From Amphiscolops sp. MND2022 (taxonomy: Eukaryota), in contig OZ076409.1 of assembly GCA_964187785.1 (NCBI GenBank), positions 39,000,001 to 39,064,000 of the forward strand: a stretch of 64,000 nt of DNA, read 5' to 3'. The position numbers were made by a program, and so were the translations under genes. Positions 1-9,970 of the stretch are shown one piece after another (within the stretch, counting starts at the first letter, position 1; the number at the start of each line of letters is the position of its first letter). The notes under the pieces were generated by a model, which saw only the letters and a program-made list of their open reading frames with translations, did no database searches and was not told where the DNA came from.

Positions 1-1441
1 CCGCAAGTTGGCCAAACCACATGGTACATCTACATATGCTAATTATGACTAATCATCACTTTACAATGTCGCAATTGCCTGCACACAGTGTCATGGTTTC
101 TATAGCAACTCAAATCATTCAATAATGTACTAATTTCAAGTCAAAACAGAGTAAGCTGCATCACAGGATGAGAAAACGATGTTTTTCCAACTAATTCTAG
201 CATTAAAATCAATACTTCAAAAGCAAAGATGGAAACGCGATGAATTCGTCAGAATATTTGCTGATTTTCAAGTCTAGTTTAGCTCTGGATGAAAATGCGA
301 TGAATGGTGGTCTTTTAGCTCGAAAATCAACACGATATGAACTGACGATGATAAAAGGATGAACTCGTCTTCAAAATGAATGATTTCCAGCACAATTTAA
401 ATCAACGATGGTAAAAGGATGAACTCTCCTCGAAAATAACTAATTTCCAGCACTAGTGAAATTGACGATGAATTCAGGATGAATTCAGCCAATAAAACAG
501 GTGAAACAGCTAATTCTGCAGTGAAGACAAATATACGATGACTTTAGGATGAATACATTCAAAAAAACAGCAAAATCTAATGAATGAAATTCCAACGATG
601 GGTTTAGGATGAACTCAACTGAAAATTCGGCTAGTTCTAACGTAAGTCGAACTAGCGATGAATTTACGATGAACTAGTGATGAGTTAATCTAATAAAACA
701 GATATCCAGCACTTCACTCTTTTTTAGGATGAATTAAGGATGTACTTTCTCATTTCTTGTAGTTTCTGTTCAGGACGATGAAATATAGATGTGTTATGCT
801 CTTTTTAAGAAATGAGAAGCACATTGAAGGTTAATAATCACAAAACGACGATGAGTATAGGATGGCTTTCATGCATTTTAAAGTCCCGTGAGATCCGCTG
901 ATGGATCACTAAATAAAATCAAATATATGTCCCAAATTTTGTTCACCCGCAATCTTGGCGATGTGATTGCGATGAACCTTGATAATATAGCACCGTAATT
1001 TCACTAATAGATCAAGTTGTAGGATCACTAAGTCCGCTGATGGATTAGTGATGAACTTTCCTGAAATTCGTCACGACTACAAGTCCTGAGGCGAGGGAGC
1101 TAGTAGAAGTTACAGATTCCATTATTTCTACATCTCTCGGTCCAGTCTGACCGGAAGACTTCTCTCCCTTATCGTGACAAACCAATATTGAATAAGATAG
1201 CACATTAAAAGCTATTGGCAAGATCATTTGTGCGGACACCGGAATTAGAGCGCTCAGTATTAAGTAAATATATATAGCTCAAACTCAGGGGGGATAGGGA
1301 TTAAAGTACAAGTAACGTAGGGTTGCTCACAACCATGGCTCTTATTATATGACATCATATTGCCCATATCTAAGTACATAAGACATAATATTTACATTAC
1401 AAATATTTAGTAGATTATATTTCCATCATGCTGGCATGACA
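1..1441 (-). repeat. 3' LTR of element A (far boundary uncertain: before base 1, or TGTCATG at 89)
   Basis: Matches 17051-18491 at offset 17050, with two mismatches seen by eye (563, 632). Identity stops exactly after ...GGCATGACA. Confidence 0.92.
167..974 (+). promoter_or_regulatory. Array of 13 GATG-N7-GATG motifs in the LTR (repeated at 17217-18024)
   Basis: Motif starts at 167, 228, 288, 347, 407, 467, 537, 597, 657, 728, 777, 850, 960. Spacing is mostly 60 or 70 bp. The regulatory function is inferred. Confidence 0.8.
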
Positions 1442-1455
1442 CTCCCCGGGGCGGG
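1442..1455 (-). promoter_or_regulatory. Polypurine-tract region of element A
   Basis: Minus strand reads CCCGCCCCGGGGAG directly followed by TGTCATG (start of the 3' LTR). The CCCGGGGAG core also occurs in the PPTs of elements C and D. Confidence 0.75.
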
Positions 1456-2566
1456 ATTTGGACTGAGAGTGCAGGGACCAAATGCGCAGAGGATGGTTGT
1501 CTCGGCGTTGGCTTCGACTGATCCTTCGTTTGGTTGGGGAGAAAATGGCCTTCGTTAGTTCTGAATTGGCATGTCCTTCGTTTGTTCTGTCCTGTGAGAG
1601 CTTCTCTGAGAAGAGGACCTTCGGTAATCGTCTTTTCTGGCATCATCCTGGGTGATTTCGGTTAAAATTTTCGACGCGGCAACTCTAATTCTTGGTCCAT
1701 CGAATGTCCGCTGACCTGCATTTTATTGGTTGTCATGCTTTTGACGGGAGTTTCGGCTGGTTATTTTCGGTAGAAGCTGATTTCTCGGAGAAAAGTTTCC
1801 CTCCAAAACGCCTACGCTGAGTAAACAATTCGATTAGCTTCACTGACAAATTGGCAGCGAGTCAGGGATGAATGAACGATGAATTGTTTGCTCAGCGAGA
1901 CACTGATGCTGTTTAGCGGAATGGCTGGCGCCGTTACTTGTTTACTCGCGATGAAAGGAGATGAATCGTTGCCATAGCAACTGTCAAAAGTTACTTCCGC
2001 TGCTCGACTTTTGAGTGAAAGAGAAAAGAGATGAATTCGTCGCCATAGCAACTGTTGCTCGATCTGATTGGCTGAGACTGAACTTATAACTGAAGGAAAA
2101 TACAACCGGTTGTCAGCAGCATTCTCATCCATAAATCATCCTCCATTCAAGTCGGTTTGAAAATCGCCACGATTTCCTTTGCGCGTTTCCGCTCAACTTC
2201 GTCGGTATAGATCTGAGACTGGCAGCTGTCAACAAATCAAATACTTGAAGTTTTTTGTCAAGTCCTGGGAGGGGACGATCCATTTTCAGAGAAGGCTTGA
2301 GTTGGTTGTACTGGGAAGAAAAGTGATGTCAGTATTTGAAATCGGAGAATTTTCATCGATTTTTCATCTTCTGAATTCAAGTATTTGATTAACATGGCAT
2401 TCAAGCTGCGCCGCTTTTTGAAATCTTCTATTGAATTTGTTCTTCTGTAATCATGGTTGATCAGGCCATTTAATTACTGATCAAATTCTCTGCTCCTGGA
2501 TTCTTCGATTTCTTTCCTTCTTTCACCGTCTTCCATTCTTTTCAGATTGTTTTGCAATTTTTCGCG

Positions 2567-5500
2567 ATGTCGGATATCAACTCCATCTATTCGTTACCGG
2601 AGACCGAGGCCACAGAAAGTAAGTGCACTATTTTTTCTCTTCTTCACAAACGGGCCGGGGAATAATTAGGAATTGAAGGCGTGTCTTGGTTTTAGCGGAC
2701 TCCGTTCACTCTGTCGGCATAATTTCCGAACTGACTACTTTGCAGACAGTTCCGCCTCAAGATGCTCCGATCCCTGCAGCATCTCACGCACCTCAGTATC
2801 AACCTGAGCAGCAAACTGAACAGGCCCCTAACGTCCCGTATCTTCCGCAGTGTAAGTACTATCCTTCCATTCTTCAGTTCAGTCTTCGAATCCCTCATAT
2901 CTCATCCTTACTCTGTCCAGTAGCTGACTCCTTTTCGTATGGTGTTTCAGACCACTACCCCTGGTATGCCTCCCTAGGCAGCATCACCTTCGGGTGGTAT
3001 GACCGCCACATGCGGGACATGCTGCGGGATAGCATCCAGCAGTACAGTGAGTTTGTCAATTTCCTTTTCACTTCTCTAGGCTATCGTCCGAACACTCCGA
3101 TGTGATTCCGATGTAAACATCTCATCTGCATGTAGTGTCCTTTGCGGTCGATTACCCATGTAATTCACCTTCGAGATGAATTTAGGATGTGTCATGAACA
3201 TTCACAGCTCTTCATGACTGACTCGCTGTAAATCCCATTTTTGAAGATGAGTTTTGGATGTATTCTTCTCCGGTTTTCTTTCTTCGCGCGGCGTACGCGC
3301 TCTTTCTTCTCTTATCGTCGTCGTCCAGTAACTGTTTCTTCTTTCAGGCCCCACACCGATCCACGCACCAAGGCCTCGTCCCATCAGCTATTCCGTAGGA
3401 GTAGGGACGAGTGATTTCGCCGCAACTAGTGCTGATGCTAGCACTCAAGGAGGGCCTCCTCAACTTGACTTGTCCTCGTTCCTTCAGGACTTGTCATTCG
3501 GGAGTGTAAGTTCTCCTGTCAGGCAGGCGCCAGTGTCGGTACTGTCGCCAGTGCTGAGGGGTTCTTTCGCCGCTAGTAGTCCTCCTCCTGCTCGTATCAC
3601 TCTCGACGCTGCTGTGAATGCTGTTGTCGATTGCGTGGATGCAGTCATCGATGCCGTTGTCGATACCTCTGATCGAGCAGTCCAGGCCGTTGTGGAAGTC
3701 AGTGAGTCCTCCACCTTCCATGATCCTCTTGTTGAGGAACCTGTCATCGTTGCCTCTTCTTCTGTTCCTGCCTTTTCAGTCAGCGGCACTGATACACTTG
3801 GTGATGCTTCCGTGAGTACTGCCGGCGGTGCTGAGACCCTACTTGTTGAAGTCCCTGGTGACTTCTCGTCCGACAGCCTTCTGCCTGCTGAACCTGACCG
3901 AGAATCTGCTTCTCCCAGTGCTGATCTCATGTCGACCGTGGCTTCTCCCATGGGACCCAGTCTACTGGATAGTGATGACGAACCAATCGCGTCCCGTCTG
4001 CCAGGTTAACTAAACAGCTTTAAACTGGTGAAGTATCTGATCAGTAGATTTTTCATTCATTTCCTTCTTCGCTTTTGCTTTCACTAGCATTTTTCACATT
4101 TTTCTTCTTTTCTATCCATTTTTCATCGTTCTTCTGTTTTCACTATATGGTTTTCTGCAGTTTTCCATTTTCCATCACATTCTCATCGTCAAAAGTCGTT
4201 GAACAATAGTTTTCGCTCTCTAGTCCTTTTTAGAAATTTCATCTCTTTTACATCTTTAAAATTTTCTCTTTTCGGTTTTCGCTATTTGTCGGTGTTTTCT
4301 TTTCAGTTTTCATCTCTTTTTCATCGTTAAGTTGTTTTCGCTCTAAAATATCTCAATTTTTGGTTCAAAGTCGTTCTATTTATCTCTTTTCCATCGTTCA
4401 AGTTTTTCATTCTTTAAGGTTTCCATTTTTCATTCTGGTGGTGTGCAAAATGCATCTCTTTTTCATCTTTTCGTTTTCTTCGTTTTTCGCTTATATTTCC
4501 TGATGAAAATATTATTTTACATCATTTTTTCATCACTCCGGGTGACTTTTGGAAGTTTGCGGTGGTTTTTTCATTTTTCAGTTTTTAAAGATTATTTTAA
4601 GATGATCTTGGAATTTTGTGGGAACGTGGTCGTTTTTAGTGGATGTGCTATGTGTTGGCATGTGATTATTTCTGTTTGTAGGGCGAAAAGTGATCAAGTC
4701 ATGGTGGTTTTCTCATGAATACTGTGGGCTTGCACTGGGCTATGCACGAAGTCATCAATCGCGGCTATCATTCGTTCGATGTTTACTGTGCAAGCGTGAT
4801 ATCAATGTTGGCAGCCGTGGTATCACTACTTTCATGGAGCATTGTCGTGGGCTCCGTCACCATCGTTTGGACTGTCTGATTCGTTTGTTTCGGGATTTAC
4901 CGTTGCGGCGACGCGACGGGTCATTCATGAGTAATGAAGAGAGTGTGGAGTGTAGGAGCAGCCTGGGCGGTGCAATGGTGCCGTTCATTGAGACGTGCCC
5001 CTCCTTTAGTGTACTGGAGGTGTTTGAGTTGGAAGCAGCTGGACGACCTGTGTGGGGGGACGAGGAGGAAGAGGATCTATTGTGTGAAAAGACGGTGCAT
5101 CTGTTCGTGTGCCTGGTTATTGACTCAATCTATCGTGGGTGTCAGTTCGCCAGCGTAACGAGTTTGTGGGAGGTGATGGTTGCGTCAGAGCCGCAACATG
5201 CCTCTCTTTTCGGTGTTACTTGCGAAGTGAATGACGTGATGGTAATTCGTATTTCTTTTTGTTTTTTGTTTCATGAAGGTTCGTGTAGATGGAAAAAAAA
5301 TACATTTAGTGGGTGGTTTTCCATAGGTAGTTTTGAAGCTTGGGTAGGGGGGATTTTCAACTATTAATTGTGTCGGGTTATTTTTAAGCGGATAGTGAAT
5401 TAATGTATAGTAAAGTTGATGTTTGTTTTTAGAGTGTGGTTCTACTGAGTTTGTGGCCGTACGCGATGAAGAGGCTAATCACTCTGTGGTCTAACTGTGG

Positions 5501-7347
5501 GTTCACTAGCTTTCATGTGGCTGTTGGGCAGGGGCGCGTGACTGGCACGGTCACAATGTGTTCTCTAGAAGGGATCAGTCAGTACTGTGTCTTCAGTTTT
5601 TGTCTGTCTCAGGATTGGGAAAAACGAGTTGTCACGTGGATGATTAACATGTGGTGTTGTTTGCTTGGAGAACCTGTTCCACTTGGACTGTGTTGCGATG
5701 CGTTGCCACAGCTGGGTGGACTGTTCCAAGCCGCCACTGGCGTTGGGTCACTGGAGTTGAAGACGCTGTCATTGTGTGAGATCAGTCGGACAATTGTGGA
5801 CGTGGGAGGGCGGGCGCTCGGCGGGACTGATATTCATGTGGTGCTGAATCATCTGCAGAAAAGACTGAAAGGATATGTCAGGGATCCTCTGTTGTTGAGC
5901 TGCCCTCATCTGTTGCAGGTCGGTGTAGTCTTCCGCTTTTATTTGAGTGTTACTATGAGTTGTACTCTTTGTCTGTTTCTGTTGTTTGTATATTGGTAGT
6001 AGTTTGTATTGTAATATTTTGTTTTATCTATGTGGAGCTTGTTATGTTTTGTTTAGGCGATTTTATCCGGGGAAGTCTACGTGTGGACTCTTGCTGATGT
6101 GTGCGATGAATTACGTGCCAATTGGGCAGAAGTGCTGTGTCTAGTTCGATTCGCTTCGGGAGACGGGCCAGTAGATGCGTTGGATCTTACTTTGAGGGTG
6201 GAGTTCGGGATCCCAATCAGGCTCCGGGCACTTAGTATGGTCTATCGTGCTTGTTAGTATGTTGTATACTTACCGGGTGGGAAGTTTCTGTAGTTGGCCG
6301 TTTTTACGTATTCGAGTGTTTAATCAATTCGCATTTTTCGGGAAGGGAACGGGGGGGGGGTTAGTCCGATTATTTACTGTGTATAGAATTGTTGTGTTTT
6401 TCATTTCAGTAGTGACGTCGTACGAAAAGAGTTTCGGGTCTTCATCATTGCGGAGTTGCTACTGGGCGATCGAGAGTGCATTCTTTGTGAAACGCCTGCT
6501 GACTCTACTGGTTGACGAAGAGAGCCTGCCCACTGATCTGGATATCCGTGGGTGGTTGTTTGTGGATGTAGACAGTTATGTTGTGTCAGCGACTAAGTTA
6601 CAAGCCCTTATCGCGAGTTTCAGCTCGGATGAGAATTTGACGGAAGATGTGGCTGTGTATGAAGAGGATGTGTCCCGAGTGCCTAATTTCTTATTGTCTA
6701 TCGTCAGGAACGTATTATTGCTACCAGGGATTCGTGACGATCTTGCTTTCGTGCGAAGTGTCTTTAGTTCACCCAGACTGGTTTGTGTGGCGGAAACTGA
6801 TCTTGTGGCGGAAATTCGCAATTTTACTGGTTTACTTGTGGAAATGGGGCGGATCAGTTTAGTCGAACAGGATCGAATGGAGCTCGGATTTCTGGAATTT
6901 ATAAGGGCTTTTCGGTGCGAGCCTAGGCCAGCTGGGGCGACTGCCGAGTATTCAGCCGTTGATCTGTTGCGTTGCTGTTCCAGTCGCGGGTCACAGAGTC
7001 TGTTACAACTTGTCTTTTGCCTGGGAGGGGTGGTGCAGAGCACTTGCAATACCATATGCGAAGGGATCGGGCACCTGCCGAGCGATGTCATGAGCTGTGT
7101 GTGTGCAGTAATCTCTGGTTATTTGTCTGCTAATCATGTGCGAAGTTACGGTAGTGTCAGTGGGCCACTGATGGAAGAAGTGATGGAGTCGCACAGAAGG
7201 CTCGTCGATCTATCAGAGATTACAGAGGGCATGTTGTGGGACGACGTCGGTATCGTGGCTGGGGAAGATTATCGTCTCCAGTTATATGCTAGTCTTGGTT
7301 ACGATGTGACCGGGGAGCGGGCTGCCAGTCCCGAGATTGGAAACTGA
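2567..7347 (+). CDS. Spliced antisense accessory gene of element A, about 1046 aa: low-complexity N-terminus, C2H2 (BED/TTF-like) zinc finger, degenerate hAT-transposase-like region
   Basis: Exons 2567-2618, 2696-2851, 2951-3046, 3348-4004, 4682-5241, 5433-5918, 6057-6252, 6410-7347. All 7 introns are GT..AG with matching phases (1,1,1,1,0,0,1). Total 3141 nt with no internal stop. C-x2-C-x16-H-x5-H at 4780-4860 (CLLCKRDINVGSRGITTFMEHCRGLRH). The exon 4 donor (CAG|GTTAAC) is the weakest link; if it is unused there are two genes. Confidence 0.8.
4173..4534 (-). promoter_or_regulatory. CATC-N7-CATC motif array inside intron 4 of the antisense gene
   Basis: Motifs at 4173, 4240, 4311, 4381 (TATC variant), 4453, 4520, about 70 bp apart. 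Confidence 0.75.
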
Positions 7348-7447
7348 CTTATTAACTGTTTATGTTGTTCATTGTTTTGCTATATAATTTGTTGTATTTA
7401 CATATTAGTGTAGTTATTCATATGTTGGGAGACCCATGAAAAAGGTC

Positions 7448-7453
7448 AATAAA
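7448..7453 (+). terminator. Candidate polyadenylation signal of the antisense gene
   Basis: AATAAA 100 nt downstream of the TGA at 7345-7347. Confidence 0.55.
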
Positions 7454-7677
7454 TGGAAAGCACAGTAATGACCATAGTGCGAATGATACAAATCCAGATG
7501 CTACGGCGGAAAGATCGGTAGTAGTGTGTTTACAACATTAGTTATTTTGGTGCCCAACAGCTGTTTTTCTTTTGAGTTGTTAGTGATAGTTACAGAGGAT
7601 ATTAAGTACGTGTAAATCAACAAGTTCGTCCAACAGTTCACTTGAAGCATTGTCTTCGGTATTTTTGTATCATAGAT

Positions 7678-9943
7678 CATCGGTCGCGCATCGCTTTTAT
7701 GGTGTTCATCGTTATTACATCTCGTGGTAGTGTAAGTAACTCGTCAGCGTTTGATCTTTGATTTTTCATCTCATTTTCATCACGTTTTCCTCGGTCGACC
7801 AAGCGACGTCGTGAAAACTGTTTTTGTCATCGTTTTTACATCTTTCGGTGCGTCAGAAACATTGCATGTTGTTACATGTGGTTTTTCTACGTATTTCATC
7901 ATTTTTTCATCTTGCGTTTGATTTGAGCACTTTCGTGCGTTATTTGCTATAGTTCATCGTTTTTGCATCGCAAGTTTGTCTTGTTCAGTTTCTGCTCATT
8001 TTGCTGTATAGTTCATCTTCTTTTCATCGTGCGTTTGAAATGTACGGATTTTTGCGTGTTTTCGATGTTATTTGGCTATAACGTAAGCGGGGGTTGCATT
8101 TTTCGTGTCCGGAGGAAATTTTTATTAATATTGTGGTGTTTCGGATTGTTTTCTTCATGTATTTTAGCGTTATACGGTTATAACCATTTGTCGTGTTTTT
8201 GAATTTGCATGAATTTTATGGTACATGTGTTTTAATCATCGTCGTCATGTTTCTAATTTGTCAACTTCGGAACGTCATTGCATGTATTTTTAGTTCGAAT
8301 TCTGGTGACCGCCGCTTGCGTGGCAGTCGAAAATAAGTTCACTCAGCAGTGGTACTGATAGCCTGTAGGCGTGCAAGGTACTAGTGGCTTCAGTCCAGAG
8401 CTGGGTGAGTGGAGCTGCTCCGCTCCTTTCAGATAAATGGAATCTCGTAGTTTCGGGCTATATATAGTCTATATGTCATTTTTTCGGTCGGTTGTTTGCC
8501 ATTATTCGTCGAAATGGGTTTGTCCATTTGACGGTCAGTCCGATCAATCAATGTGATTGACATCTACGGTTATGCATGTGTCCAGTTTTAGACTATCTGT
8601 TTCTTGTATTTGCATGTATGGATGGTTACATGATGTGCTCTTTTAAATGGGTTTCCCCATTATTGACATGTCGTTATATGTTCGGTGGTAGTTTCATGTT
8701 TTCTAATTTTATTTTCGTTCATTTGGACAGGGCTTTGTCGTCACAAAGCCCCTACAAAACTAACTGAGAATCCACTAGCCGCTGGATAACCAACGCAGCA
8801 AGCTTCATCCGAATATGGTTGTGAGCTCCCCGCCTCAACTAACCAGCACTCTTTTCAGAGAAATGCCAGCCAGCACGAAGGAATGATTTTAGTTTTTCGG
8901 TAGGGGTGTTTTGTATTTTATGAGCTGATGTTTACTGGGGGGTGCTCACTCCTTTATTAGTTTTGTAGGTGTTTCGTCAGTTCTTATATTTTGCATGTAA
9001 GTTAGTAGACTTCATGTATTTTCGATTGTTTGTTTCATTTTTATTCGTCTAGGTTCGGATGGTTTTGGTGTGAATTGCATATATTATCTCATTCATTTTT
9101 GAACGGTACATGTATATTTCCGTGCGTTGCTCATTTGTATTGCATGTAGTTTGGAATTGTTAATTGCTTTCGTGACGTCATTGATTTGGCAGGTCTTTGA
9201 ACTTTACATGTATTGATCATTTCATTTTTGTGTCGCATAATTTCGTTGCATGATTCGAAATAAGGTCGGTTGTTTTTTATCGTTTCGTGGAGTTACATGT
9301 TGTTTGCGAATTAGCTGATTTATTGTGATGTTATGTTGATGGTGTTTCCCATCACAAAGAGGTGTTGGTAAGTCATTTAATATTTTCGAATTTCCATTTA
9401 GACTAAATTCATCGTTTTGACATCCTCCAGCGAAGCTAGAGTATTGTGTCAGGTTAACGATAAATTCGGTCGCGATTTGATGGTAGTGTCCATCACAAAT
9501 TCATCTCGTTAATTGATTTCATGTAATTTATGAATAATTGGATCGAGTTCATCGCTATTTCATCCTCTGGCCGAGCTAGAGTCTTATGATAGCATGAACG
9601 TGAGTGCGTTCGCATTCTGATGGTATTTCCCATCTCAAATGCATCGTTAGTAAATATTGCATGTTGATTGGTCTATTTTTTGACTGAGTTCATCACTTTT
9701 TCATCTCTCGTGTGTCTGAGTTAAATTTTCGTGTGGTTTCATCCTTTTTTCATCTCAAATTTTGTGTGTTGTTTTTTCTGGTTTTTTGATCGTTTTTCAT
9801 CCGTTTTACATCTCGTTTTGTTTGTATGCGGTTTTCATGTGATTTTTAGTAACTTTTCATCCATTTTACATCTTCATGTACTTTTTAAGTTAAAATTGCA
9901 TGTAATTCGTTCGTTTTTGTGATTTGTTCATCCGTAACACATC
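7678..9943 (-). promoter_or_regulatory. Non-coding spacer with two CATC-N7-CATC arrays (7678-8028 and 9410-9943)
   Basis: Motifs at 7678, 7707, 7767, 7828, 7897, 7955, 8014 and 9410, 9491, 9550, 9631, 9691, 9740, 9798, 9858, 9929. Confidence 0.75.
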
Positions 9944-9970
9944 TCAGATTTAAAGTGAAACTTTTCTTGG

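Noticed and set aside
167..974. CRISPR-like appearance of regularly spaced repeats
   Set aside because: The conserved part is only two 4-mers, the context is a eukaryotic LTR, and there are no cas genes.
1045..1239. 64-aa ORF duplicated at 18095-18289
   Set aside because: Duplicated only because it lies in the LTR. Non-ATG start and no recognisable motif.
2400..7500. Antisense gene as a freshly nested autonomous hAT transposon
   Set aside because: No TIRs or 8-bp TSD seen, catalytic motifs are degenerate, and its introns carry the same motif as the LTRs. Not fully excluded without other copies.
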